DNA of 64,000 bases, taken from an uncultured delta proteobacterium. GTDB taxonomy: Bacteria > Myxococcota_A > UBA9160 > UBA4427. Positions within the stretch are counted from its first letter, which is position 1. Each line of letters opens with the position of its first letter. The position numbers and the translations under genes are program-made. A model generated the notes under the pieces. It saw nothing but the letters and a program-made list of their open reading frames with translations, did not search any database and was not told where the DNA came from. Positions 19,379-29,550 of this stretch are shown in pieces. The DNA is taken from the NCBI GenBank assembly GCA_963822965.1, contig CAWGJT010000009.1, forward strand, positions 160,001-224,000, in the 5' to 3' direction.

Positions 19379-20413
19379 GTGCTCATGCGTTGGTCCACGC
19401 GCCTGATCGTGTCGGCGCTGGCCACCGTCGTCTCGACGGTGTCGCTCGGTGTCGCCACTGCGGTCGCCCAGTCCGCCACTGCGGTCGCCCAGTCCGCCGC
19501 CGTTCCGGCCGCCCAGTCCGCCGCCGTTCCGGCCGCCCAGTCCGCCGCCGTTCCGGCCGCCCAGTCCGCCGCCGTCCCGGACGGCAGCCCGACGACCGGG
19601 GAAGACAGCCCGGTCGAGTCGGCCCGCCGCGCCGCGGCGCGCGCCCAGAAGGAGCTCGACGAGGCCCGGAAGGCTCTCGACGAGGCCCAGGCCCGGGTGG
19701 CCCAGAAGACCCGCCGGGTCGAGGAGCTCGAAGCGGCCCCGGCCGCGGCGTCTTCCGAAGCCGCTCCCGCCGACGCGGAGAAGGAGGCGCAGGCGGCCGT
19801 CGAGGAGGCGCGCAGGCGCGCCGAGCAGGCGGAGCGTCGGGCCGACGAGGCGAACCGCCGGGCGCGCGAAGCGATCGCCCGGGTCGAGGCGCTCGAATCG
19901 CGACTCGCCTACGACCGGACGGGTCTCTTCATCGGCGGCAGCGCCTTCTACGCCCCCGAGGCCTTCGACCAGGAGCACGGCCTGGTCGTCAAGAGCTCGA
20001 AGGGCGCGACGGCGCGCATCGGCTACCGCTTCCACCCGAACTTCGCCCTCGACGTGCGGGCCGACTATCTCGACAAGTTCGAGATCCACGACGACTTCGC
20101 GGCCGGCAAGATCGACGGCTACGCGATCACGGGAAACGTGCGCGCGTTCCTCTTCCCGAAGCGCTTCCAGCCGTGGCTCGGCGTCGGCGCCGGAGCGATC
20201 ACCACCGACTTTCCCGCCCACTACAACGACGGCGTGAAGGTCGACACCAACGGGAAGGAGACCGACCCGATCTTCCGGGTGGCCGCCGGCTTCGACGAGT
20301 ACCTCTCCTCGAGCCTCGTATTGACCGTCGAAGCGGCGTTCAACGTCGTCGGCGACCATCGCGACTACATCAACTACGGGCAGCTGGCCGTGGGCCTGGA
20401 CTATCGCTTCTAG
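19379..20413 (+). CDS. Outer-membrane beta-barrel protein with Ala-rich repeats and coiled-coil stalk
   Basis: Signal peptide, AQSAAVPA repeats, heptad-rich helix, 8-strand-type barrel (GYRF, PWLGVGAG) ending GLDYRF. Confidence 0.85.
   Translation: MLMRWSTRLIVSALATVVSTVSLGVATAVAQSATAVAQSAAVPAAQSAAVPAAQSAAVPAAQSAAVPDGSPTTGEDSPVESARRAAARAQKELDEARKALDEAQARVAQKTRRVEELEAAPAAASSEAAPADAEKEAQAAVEEARRRAEQAERRADEANRRAREAIARVEALESRLAYDRTGLFIGGSAFYAPEAFDQEHGLVVKSSKGATARIGYRFHPNFALDVRADYLDKFEIHDDFAAGKIDGYAITGNVRAFLFPKRFQPWLGVGAGAITTDFPAHYNDGVKVDTNGKETDPIFRVAAGFDEYLSSSLVLTVEAAFNVVGDHRDYINYGQLAVGLDYRF
19454..19580 (+). repeat. Coding VNTR: 21-bp unit x2 followed by 24-bp unit x3.5
   Basis: GCCACTGCGGTCGCCCAGTCC x2, then GCCGCCGTTCCGGCCGCCCAGTCC x3 plus a partial copy. 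Confidence 0.92.
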
Positions 20414-20467
20414 CCGGCCGGCCCCCGTTCGGCTTCCGACCCGCGGTCGGAACAAAGGGAGGATCCC

Positions 20468-20983
20468 ATGAAGATCAACGGCCTGCTGCTGCTCGCGACC
20501 CTCTCGCCGCTTCTCGGGTGCTCGTCCATGCCCCTGCTGCCGGGGGGCTCGAACCTGGCCACCGTCGGCTACGTGAACGACGCCAACCAGAAGACCCTCG
20601 AGAGCGACCTCCCCGCGCGCATGGACGCGATGCTCGTCGACGATCGCAAGCAGATCGCGCAGCTGCAGCAGCGCGTGATCTCCCAGGCGACGGAGATCGA
20701 GGCTGCGAACCGGCAGCTCACGAGTCTGTCCCAGCAGATCGAGCAGCTCGGCAAGGAGATGCAGAGCCAGGCCGAGACCTTCCAGTCCCTGGCGGAGAAC
20801 CTGCGCGCTACGACCACGCGGCTCGACGCGACGCTGTCCGGACTCCCGACGGACACCCTGCGCCTGTTCAGCGACGCCCTGCAGAGCTACCTGGCGGCGC
20901 GGGACGCGCAGCCACCGCCCGTCGAGGCCGCGAAGGTCCAGCCGGGGGACGCCGCCCAGGCGCCGAAGCCCGAGGGCGGGTAG
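20468..20983 (+). CDS. Coiled-coil lipoprotein
   Basis: Lipobox LLGC, long Q/E/L heptad helix, GGAGG RBS. Confidence 0.78.
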   Translation: MKINGLLLLATLSPLLGCSSMPLLPGGSNLATVGYVNDANQKTLESDLPARMDAMLVDDRKQIAQLQQRVISQATEIEAANRQLTSLSQQIEQLGKEMQSQAETFQSLAENLRATTTRLDATLSGLPTDTLRLFSDALQSYLAARDAQPPPVEAAKVQPGDAAQAPKPEGG

Positions 20984-20990
20984 GCGCTCC

Positions 20991-22832
20991 TCAGCCCGGG
21001 GACACGGCGCTGGCAGCGGGGGTGAGAATCCCGGAGCCACGCTCGCCGTTGGTGTCGGCGAGATGGGCGTCGAGGGTCGCGTCGGAGATGCCGGCCCGGC
21101 GCAGGCGCAGGGCAGGACCCAGGCGGGAGAGGTGGAACACGAAGACCGTGAGCGCGAAGCCCGCGATCACGATGGCGAAGACGGCGAGGGGACCGGGGTT
21201 GCCACCCGTGGCCTCCAGGTTCGACTTCACCCACCACGCGAGGCCCACGGTGGTCGCGAGGGCGAGCGCCGCCATGCGCAGGACGTCCGCCAGCAGCCTG
21301 CCCGGACCGCGCCGCCGGACCCGCTTCAGCTCGCCGCGCGAGAAGTAGTCGAGGAACCAGCCCGTGTCCTCGTCCACCTCGCGGTTGCCCGGCGGAGACA
21401 GGGTACGTCCCGTGAGCGGGTCGAGCGCGAGCTCGCCGCGTCGGTGCGCGGCCACGCCTGCCAGGATCGCGCGGTGCACGACCTCGTCGATCGGGAAGCG
21501 CCACGCGATGCAGAAGGCAGCGATCGAGAAGGCAGACGGCGTGAGGGCGAAGACCGCGCGGATCGCGAGCACGACCTCCCCGGACTGCGGGACGTTCGGC
21601 TGATAGCCGAGCCAGGCGAGCAGGGCCAGGGGGAGCGACGCGCTCGGGATCACGATGAACTTGGGAACGAGCCCCCACAGCGCCAGGTACTGGGCCTCCC
21701 GGCGCTTGCCGGTGTGCAGCTCGTCGTAGTCGATGACGTCGGCCTGGAGGGCGGGCGGCAGGAAGAGCCCCGCTCCGAAGCTCGAGCCCGCCCACGCGAT
21801 CACGAAGAGACCCGCGACGTTGTCGCCCTCGCCCAGCAGGAAGAGCGCCAGCCCGCCCGTGATGCCCATGACGAAGCTCGCGAGCCAGGCGTTCAGCTTG
21901 CCGATGCGCTTCGCGAGCATCAGCCAGAGCGGAAGACAGAGGAGTCCGGACAGGAAGTAGGCGGCCAGGTACATCGAGAGCCAGCCCTGGGCGGCGTCTG
22001 CGGGCACGGGGGGCGGGTTCAGCACGTAGCGGTTGAAGTAGGGCATCAGCAGCCCCGGGATCGCGCCGGGGATGCTGGCCACCACGTAGCAGGAGAAGAG
22101 CACGAAGAAGGGCCGGTTGCGCAGCGCGCGGCGCACGCCGGGAACGAGGGGGTTCGACTTGCGCATCACGAACTCGGGACGCTCGCGCACGCGAGCCACC
22201 AGCAGCCAGTAGAGGCCGATCATCACCGCCCCGTACGCGATGGACATGTACATGAAGGCCCGGCGCTCGTCGCCCATCAGTGGAATCAGGATGCCGGGCA
22301 CGACCGCGGCGACCAGCGTCCCCAGGAGCGAGAAGCCCTCCCGCACCGAGAACAGACTCGAGCGCTCGTGGTAGTCCAGGGTGAGCTCCGGCCCGAGCGC
22401 CGCGTGCGGCAGGCCGTAGAGCATGTTGAGCACGAAGAAGAGCATCAGGGTGCTGCCGAACCAGACCGCCGCCCCCGACGGCGCCAGCCACACGGGCGGC
22501 GTGAAGAGCGCGACGAAGACCACGGCCGCGAGGGGGGCGGCGACGGCGATCCACGGCCTGCGCCTGCCCCAGCGGGAATGCGTGTGATCGGAGAGCCAGC
22601 CCACGAAGGGATCGATGATGGCGTCGAGCACGCGGGCCAACGCGGAGGCCAGCGCCACCCAGGCCAGGGGCACGAGGACCGTGTCCGAGTAGAACGGATT
22701 GACGTGGATCGCGACGGGGATCGCCATGGCGGCGCCGGCGATGCTCGGCGCGCCGTAGACGAGCTTCGTGCCCAGCGAGAGCTTCTCGCGTTCCCCCTCC
22801 GGCTCCGGCTCGGAAACCGCACTCTCCGTCAC
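20991..22832 (-). CDS. MFS transporter, GPH (Na+/melibiose-like) family with C-terminal extension
   Basis: DAIIDPFVGWLSD, WGRRRPW, ELTLDYHERS, ADVIDYDELHTGKRREA. Confidence 0.9.
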   Translation of the reverse strand: MTESAVSEPEPEGEREKLSLGTKLVYGAPSIAGAAMAIPVAIHVNPFYSDTVLVPLAWVALASALARVLDAIIDPFVGWLSDHTHSRWGRRRPWIAVAAPLAAVVFVALFTPPVWLAPSGAAVWFGSTLMLFFVLNMLYGLPHAALGPELTLDYHERSSLFSVREGFSLLGTLVAAVVPGILIPLMGDERRAFMYMSIAYGAVMIGLYWLLVARVRERPEFVMRKSNPLVPGVRRALRNRPFFVLFSCYVVASIPGAIPGLLMPYFNRYVLNPPPVPADAAQGWLSMYLAAYFLSGLLCLPLWLMLAKRIGKLNAWLASFVMGITGGLALFLLGEGDNVAGLFVIAWAGSSFGAGLFLPPALQADVIDYDELHTGKRREAQYLALWGLVPKFIVIPSASLPLALLAWLGYQPNVPQSGEVVLAIRAVFALTPSAFSIAAFCIAWRFPIDEVVHRAILAGVAAHRRGELALDPLTGRTLSPPGNREVDEDTGWFLDYFSRGELKRVRRRGPGRLLADVLRMAALALATTVGLAWWVKSNLEATGGNPGPLAVFAIVIAGFALTVFVFHLSRLGPALRLRRAGISDATLDAHLADTNGERGSGILTPAASAVSPG

Positions 22833-23110
22833 GATGACCTGATCTCCACCGCCTCGCGCGGCCGGCGGGCGGGGCGCGGTGGACGCCACGCGCCCGTCGC
22901 GGGCGGCATCCGGCGCTCCATCCGTGCGAGAGACCCTTCATCATACCCGGGATACGGGAGGCCGGCATCGAGGCCGCCCGCCCCCCGCACCGGGGACTCC
23001 GAGTCGCTGGGGGGCAACGCTTTCCGCCTCCACCGCCGCCGGCCGTCGCCATGAAAACCCGGGCGAAGAAGGCGGGCCGGGGGGTGTAGAATCCGGGCGT
23101 GCGCTCCCCG

Positions 23111-24637
23111 ATGCGACGATCCCGCCGGGCTGCTCGTTTCATCTCGATCGGCTGTGCGCTGATCGCCCTCACGGGCTGCGCGGTGACGTACACTCTCGAC
23201 CGGACCTGGGTCGAGGTGCAGAGCGAGCACTTCACGATCACCAGCGACATGCGGGTGGAGGAGGCGGAGAAGCTCGCCAGGACCCTCGAGCTCTTTCGTG
23301 CCTCGGTGCTGCTGATCACCAGCGCCCAGTCGCTGGACGCCAGGATCCCCACCCGGGTCTTCTTCTTCCGAAGCGAGGCTACGTTCCGGTCGTTCCAGCC
23401 TCCCGGCGGCGCGGGGCTCGTGGGGTACCTCTCGCGTCAACTCCGCGCGAACTTCATGACGATGGTCGACTCGAGCGACGTGGATCCCGAGCGGATCCTC
23501 CGTCACGAGTACGTCCACTTCCTGGTCCACAACGAGACCAGCCGCATCTACCCTCCATGGTACGACGAGGGCTTCGCGGAGCTTCTCAGCACGGCGAGCC
23601 GGGTGGGAGACTACGTCGCCGTGGGCATGGTCCCGGAGGACCGGATCCGGGAGCTCCGGACGACGGCGTGGATTCCCATGCAACGGATTCTCTCGTACGA
23701 CGGAACCGGGAGGTGGTCGGCCCGAGAGCTCTCCATGTTCTACGCGGAGTCCTGGGCGCTGCTCCACTTCCTGTCCCGGGACCTCGAGCACGCCGTCGCA
23801 CTCGGACACTCGGTCGAAATCTATCTCGACCAGGTGGAGTCCGGGGCGAGCGTGGAGGCGGCCGGCCAGGCGGCGTTCGGCATGAGCGTCGCCGAGCTCG
23901 ACGAGCAGGTCCGCCACTACCTCACGAGCGGCTCTTTCACCCCCATCGGCGTCCGCGTGGACCGCCTGCAGTGGAGCGAGGAGACCCACTCGCGAGTCCT
24001 CCCCCGGGCGGTGGTGGCGGAGCGGCTGGGCGAGCTGTCTCTCGCGCTCGGCAGGACGGGGCATGCGGAGTCGTTCTTTCGAGCCGCACTCGCCGAGGAT
24101 CCCGGGCTCGCGCGCGCGTACGCCGGACTGGGCGACATCCTGACGTCGAGGGAGCAGTGGAGCGAGGCCGAGCAGCACTTCGCGAAGGCCGTCGAGCTGG
24201 CGCCCGACGAGCCCCTGAACCAGCTCGACTACGGGGAGTACTGGCTCGCCCGAGCGGAACGGACCGAGGAGCCCGACCTGCGGCGCGCACATCTCGAGCG
24301 CGCGCGTTCGCGGTTGCAGCGGGCCGTCGATCTGGACGAGTGGAAGCCCGAGCCCTGGGCGGTCTACGGAGCCACCTTTCTCGTGGAGGGCGAGGACCCG
24401 AGCCGGGGTGTCCCGTGGCTCGAGCAGGCCCTGCGCCTGCTTCCGTCGAGCCCCTGGATCCAGCTCAGGCTCGCGGAGGTCTACGTCGACGTGGACGAGA
24501 AGCCGAAGGCGAAGATCCTGCTCCGGCGCATCCTGAGCTGGAGCGCCGAGAGCGACCCGACGGCGCAGAAGGCCCACGAGCTCATGCAGCAGCTCGAATC
24601 GAAGGGCCCTACGACGGATCATCCGGGCTCGGGCTAG
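23111..24637 (+). CDS. Lipoprotein with HEXXH gluzincin-like (DUF1570-type) domain and TPR repeats
   Basis: Lipobox LTGC, W.EV.S.HF, HEYVH...P.W..EG.AE, C-terminal TPRs. Confidence 0.78.
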   Translation: MRRSRRAARFISIGCALIALTGCAVTYTLDRTWVEVQSEHFTITSDMRVEEAEKLARTLELFRASVLLITSAQSLDARIPTRVFFFRSEATFRSFQPPGGAGLVGYLSRQLRANFMTMVDSSDVDPERILRHEYVHFLVHNETSRIYPPWYDEGFAELLSTASRVGDYVAVGMVPEDRIRELRTTAWIPMQRILSYDGTGRWSARELSMFYAESWALLHFLSRDLEHAVALGHSVEIYLDQVESGASVEAAGQAAFGMSVAELDEQVRHYLTSGSFTPIGVRVDRLQWSEETHSRVLPRAVVAERLGELSLALGRTGHAESFFRAALAEDPGLARAYAGLGDILTSREQWSEAEQHFAKAVELAPDEPLNQLDYGEYWLARAERTEEPDLRRAHLERARSRLQRAVDLDEWKPEPWAVYGATFLVEGEDPSRGVPWLEQALRLLPSSPWIQLRLAEVYVDVDEKPKAKILLRRILSWSAESDPTAQKAHELMQQLESKGPTTDHPGSG

Positions 24638-24640
24638 CCG

Positions 24641-24663
24641 AGGGAGCCCGTCGGGCTCCCTTT
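24641..24663 (+). terminator. Probable intrinsic terminator hairpin
   Basis: AGGGAGCCC-GTC-GGGCTCCCT followed by TTG, directly after the stop at 24637. Confidence 0.55.
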
Positions 24664-24705
24664 GCGGCGGAACCGCGACCCAGGACCTCGTCTTGGGTCG
24701 CGCTC

Positions 24706-25239
24706 CTAGGCCTGATCCGAAGCGTCCGCTCCCGGCGGGCGGGCCTTCTGGTCGGCGAGCAGCTGCTCCAGCTCCGCTTCGAAGCTCCTGCGGCTCCCGC
24801 CGACGCCGAGGGCCGCCCAGATGGGTGCCAGGCGCTGCACGCGCACCAGGAAGGAGTCGCGGAAGTACTCCTCGTCGAGGTAGCCCTGCTGGTACTGGAA
24901 GAAGAGGTTGTCCCAGTGGGTCTGCTGCGCGATCTGCCACAGGCGGAAGCGCCCGCGCTCGATCGGGGTGAGCTGGTCGAGGGAGGCCACGTTCTCGGGA
25001 TAGCCGAGCCCCGTGAGCTTGCTGATGATCGGTGCGATGTGCTCCGACTCCGACGCGCGCACGAGCATCTCCTGGAGCGCGTCGGCCCGCATCTGGTAGG
25101 TCTGCGCCAGGGCCAGCCGGCGGTTCTCCCGCATGGCCTGGTTGCTCTGGCGGATCTGCACCGCGAGATACACCAGCGTGATGACGACGGCGATCGCGCC
25201 GACGAACTCGCCCAGGGCCCCGAGCTCCATCAAGGTCAT
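24706..25239 (-). CDS. Conserved hypothetical protein with N-terminal TM helix
   Basis: ELGALGEFVGAIAVVITLVYLAVQIRQ, FFQYQQG.LD. GGAG RBS. Confidence 0.75.
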   Translation of the reverse strand: MTLMELGALGEFVGAIAVVITLVYLAVQIRQSNQAMRENRRLALAQTYQMRADALQEMLVRASESEHIAPIISKLTGLGYPENVASLDQLTPIERGRFRLWQIAQQTHWDNLFFQYQQGYLDEEYFRDSFLVRVQRLAPIWAALGVGGSRRSFEAELEQLLADQKARPPGADASDQA

Positions 25240-25328
25240 GCCCGCTCCTCCCGGTCGCTAACGTCGTGAGAGTTTCTGGCTCCGGGGCTCGGCGCGCCAT
25301 GCGCCCCGCGCCGACGCTTCCGGCGGCC

Positions 25329-26096
25329 TCAACGGACCGGCGGATCCGCGAACGTCTGCCAGCCGGCGCCGGCACCGGCCCGGAGAGCGCCCACGAGGAT
25401 CCGGTCGATGCGCGGCTCGGCGGCCAGCGCAAGAGCGGTCTCCCGGGCCAGGCGGCGCTCCGCCTCCGACTCGACCTTGTTGAGGAGCACGGCGACCCGA
25501 CAGGCTTCAGGCGCGCCCTTGCAGCCGCCTTCGGGGTGCGCCAGCAGGCGGGCCAGCGCGGCGGGGGTGAGGTGTTCGTCCGGGGCGGTCCCCGTCAGCG
25601 CCTGCACGAGCTCGGGGCGGTGGGCCACCCGACCCAACGGGCCCGCCAGGGCGTCGATTCCCGCGACGACGACCAGCAGGGTCGTCTCGCCGGGAACCAC
25701 GGGTTCGTGGGCGGCGGGCGCCTTGGTGGGCCGCATGCGCGAGCCGTCGGCCTCGACGGCCACGCCATCGACGTTCGGGTGCGCCAGGATGCGGGCGGGC
25801 CGGTCCGGGGGAACCCCGAAGGCCTTCTCGCCTTCGACGGGACCGGTGACGAGCAGCCCCGGCACACCAGCGTCGAGGGCGCGCTCGAGGCCGGGGGACT
25901 CGTGGCTGCACCAGGCCGGCGCCCGGGCGATCTGGGCGGCGAAGATCCGGGTGGTCGTGGTCACCACCCATCGGCCCGGTCCCTCGCCGAGGGCGAAGAG
26001 CAGGCTGGTCTTGCCGCCTCCGCCCACGATGGAGACGAGCTCGCCCCGCTGCACGATTCCGAGCGCTTCCCGGAGTGGCGCTTCGAATCGCCCCAT
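25329..26096 (-). CDS. yqeC: Selenium-dependent molybdenum hydroxylase accessory protein YqeC
   Basis: SIVGGGGKTSL, TTTTRI, VEADGSRMRPTKAPAAHEPVVP, LLNKVE. Confidence 0.85.
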   Translation of the reverse strand: MGRFEAPLREALGIVQRGELVSIVGGGGKTSLLFALGEGPGRWVVTTTTRIFAAQIARAPAWCSHESPGLERALDAGVPGLLVTGPVEGEKAFGVPPDRPARILAHPNVDGVAVEADGSRMRPTKAPAAHEPVVPGETTLLVVVAGIDALAGPLGRVAHRPELVQALTGTAPDEHLTPAALARLLAHPEGGCKGAPEACRVAVLLNKVESEAERRLARETALALAAEPRIDRILVGALRAGAGAGWQTFADPPVR

Positions 26097-26258
26097 CGAG
26101 GTCGCAGCCGCAACGCTCTTCGCGGTGTCCACGGGCCCGAGGGTACCGCGCGGGCCCGATCCCGGCCGATCCCCTCGGTATCCTGCTAGGTTCTTCGCCG
26201 CCTCTAGCGAAGCCGGCTCATCGCGCCGGGTTCGATCCTGCGCGAAGGACCCGCCGAC

Positions 26259-28654
26259 ATGCTTCGAAGAGCGATTCTCGTCCTCGTCCCCGGGCTGCTC
26301 GTCGGCGCCTGCATCCAGACCGCGCTGCCGCCCGTGCCCGTCGCGCCCCGGGCCGAGCGCGTGAGCTACCTGCAGGACGTGGCGCCGATCCTCGACCGGC
26401 GCTGCGTGGTCTGCCACTCCTGCTACAACGCTGCGTGCCAGCTGAAGCTCAGCTCCTACGAGGGCGTGGACCGCGGCGGATCCAAGCTGCCGGTCTACGA
26501 CAACACGCGCCTCACCGACCAGGCGCCGACCCGGCTCTTCTTCGACGCGCAGACCACCGCCGAGTGGCGCAAGAAGGGATTCCACAGCGTGACGGGGAGC
26601 AGCGCCGAAGGCGAATACAACGACTCCCTGATGCTCTACCTGCTGGACGCCAAGCGGAAGACGCCCCAGAGCCTGGGCGAGTACCATCCCGAGGCCGCGG
26701 ACCTCACCTGCGCGGCGAACCCCAAGGAGCTGGGTGCGATTCCTCGAAGCGCTACCCCGAGCGCGGGATGCCCTTCGGCTTCCCGCCCCTCGCCGACGGG
26801 GAGTACGCCACCCTGGCCCACTGGCTCCAGCAGGATGCTCCGGGGCCGACGCCGGAGGAGCAGCGCGTGCTGACCTCGCCCTCGCCCCGGGGCGCCGCGG
26901 AGATCGCGAAGTGGGAGGCCTTCCTCAACCGCGACGACGCCAAGCACGCGATGACGGCGCGCTACCTCTACGAGCACTTCTTCCTCGCCCACCTGGGCTT
27001 CCGCAACGCCGAGCCGAACGCCTTCTACGAGCTCGTCCGCTCGAAGACGCCGCCCGGAACGCCCATCGAGGTCATCGCCACGCGGCGGCCCTACGACGAG
27101 CCCGGTGTGCCGTCCATCTTCTATCGCTTCCGGAAGATCCACTCGACGATCGTCCACAAGACGCACATGGTGGTCGAGCTCGACGACCAGAAGCTCGCCC
27201 GCATCCAGCAGCTCTTCATCGAGACGCCCGTGGCTCGAGGCGCCGCAAGGAGATGCCCCTCGGCGACGAGGTCGGGCGCGAACCCCTTCCTCATCTACGC
27301 GCAGATCCCGCCGCGCGTCCGCTACCAGTTCCTGCTCGACAACTCGGAGTACGTGCTGCGGACCTTCATCCGCGGCCCGGTCTGCAAGGGTCAGGTCGCC
27401 CTCAACGTCATCAACGACCACTTCTGGGTGATGTTCCTCGACCCGGACGCCGACCCGGTCCTGCAGCACCCGGAGTTCCTGATCGAGCAGGCCGGCAACC
27501 TGCGGCTGCCCGACGGAGCAGGGCAGCGAGGCAAGCCTGATCGACACCTTCAGCAACCGCTACCGCGACCGCTACGCGCGCTTCTACCGCGCGAAGTCGG
27601 CGCTCTACGACGAGACCAGCCCCCACGGACTTCGGGCTCGACGCGATCTGGAAGGGAGAGCGGCCGAGCGACGCCCCATCCTGACCGTCTACCGGCACTT
27701 CGACAGCGCCTCGGTCCACAAGGGCGTGCTCGGCGCGCTTCCCCGCACGCTCTGGGTGATCGACTACGCGCAGTTCGAGCGGATCTACTACGCGCTCGTG
27801 GCCGGATTCGACGTCTTCGGAAACGTGAGCCACCAGGTGAACGTCCGCCGCTACATGGACTACCTGCGGATCGAGGGCGAGCTGAACTTCCTGCAGTTCC
27901 TGCCCGAGAAGGACCGCCTGCCGACCCTGCGGTCGTGGTACATCGGGGACAAGGCCATCGAGAACGTGGACGTGGACGTCAGCTACTTCTCCCGGGGCAC
28001 CCAGGTGGTCTACACGACCGACGCATCCCAAGCGCGAGCTGGTCGAGCAGGCTCGTCGCGGACCACTTCCTGCCCTCGACCGGGATCGCCTTCGATCCCA
28101 TCAACTACCACCGGGACGGGGGTCGCGCCCCCGATGCCCACGCTCGTTCACGACCCACGCCGACATCCTGAACGGCTTCCGGGCGCTGACGGCGCCCGGC
28201 ACGGGCTTCATCCGGCACATGAACGGAAGCCAGGTGAACGTGCTCTACGTGCGCATCCGCAACTACGAAGGCCAGGACCGCCTCTTCTCGATCGTCATCA
28301 ACCGCTGGCACGACAACGTCAACGCCATGTTCGGCGAGGAGAAGCGGCTCGATCCGGCGAAGGACACCATCGACTTCCTGCCGGAGACCATCGGCTCGTA
28401 CCCGAACTACTTCTTCGACGTCGCGGCGGCAGACGTCCCGGATCTCTTCGACCTGCTCGCAGAACTTCGACGGCTCGGAGAAGTACATCGCCAAGGTGCA
28501 GCGCTACGGCGTCAACCGCGGAGACCCCCGCTTCTGGGCCCTCTACGACTGGTTCCAGCAGCGCCTGGACGAGGCCAACCCGGTGCAGGCCGGCCTCTTC
28601 GACCTGAACCGCTACTACTCGAAGGCGATCGCGCCCGACACGCCGGGCTCCTGA
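26259..28654 (+). CDS. cti: Fatty acid cis/trans isomerase (c-type heme), interrupted by several frameshifts
   Basis: V.PILDRRCVVCHSCYNAACQLKLSS, ARYLYEHFFLAH, FIRGPVCKGQVALNVI.DHFWV, RIYYALVAGFDVFGNVSHQ, IGSYPN.FF, GLFDLNRY, spread over alternating frames. Confidence 0.88.
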
Positions 28655-28707
28655 CCCGTTCGGCGTCGCGACAGCGCCTGCGGCCGTCACGACAGCAGCC
28701 GTCAGGC

Positions 28708-29414
28708 TCACGAAGCCGAGGGCTCCGAGAGATCGGCGACCCGTGCCGCTTCGAGCAGCGACACGAGCTTGTGCGCCCACTCCCGGAACAGGCGCTCGGA
28801 TTCGTACTCCGCGGGGCCCGGAGGCCGCCTGGATCGGGCGACCACTCTCGTGGGCGATGGTGCGCCGCTCTGCGGCACGAAGGACGACCTCGCCGGTCTC
28901 GGAGTCGAGAAGCTCCACGACGAAGGTGAGCTCGCCCACCGAATCGATCCACACCCCGCCGTCGTCCGCGAGCGGTCGGAGCGGCGCGTTCAGCACCAGG
29001 TCGATGAGCGCGACTCGCGCCAGGAGCACGCCGGGCCCTTTCGCGCTCGCCGGCCGCCAGTCCTCCGAGGACGCGATCGATTCGTCGAAGGTCTCCTGGA
29101 GGTATCGCACCAGCACCTTCCGCAGCCCCTCGGGCAGGGGGTAGTTGCTGCGTCGCGCCCAGCTCTCGACGCATTTGCGGATCTTCGCGGTAGTGGATGC
29201 CCAGGAACTGCGGCCACACGCCCTGGTAGCTGCGAGAAGGGGGCGCCCGGTCGTGCCCACGCCCGCTGGAAGCGGCCGTTATCGAGCAGCTGCAGGCCGT
29301 CCTGGCTGCGCTCGGCCTTGGGGCCCGACGACGAACGACGGCGGCGGCGGGGCCGCGCAGCCCGAGAGCGAGTGCGACCACGACCGAGAGCAGAAACCGT
29401 CCGAGCCGCCTCAT
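28708..29414 (-). CDS. DUF3313-like exported protein, frameshifted
   Basis: Signal peptide, GPGVLL.RVALIDL, GELTFVVELLDSETGEVVLRAAERR. Pieces lie in different frames. Confidence 0.6.
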
Positions 29415-29550
29415 GGGCGCTCCTCCCGCAGTACCCGCTCATCTTACAATCCCGTCGGGCGTCACGTCATCACCCGAACGATTCCGCCGCCGGGCGCCGC
29501 TCCGCGATGCTTGGCCGCCCGCGCGACCCGCAGTAGCTTCGGGCACGGCG

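Noticed and set aside
19454..19580. CRISPR-like array
   Set aside because: Contiguous in-frame coding repeats with no unique spacers and no cas genes.
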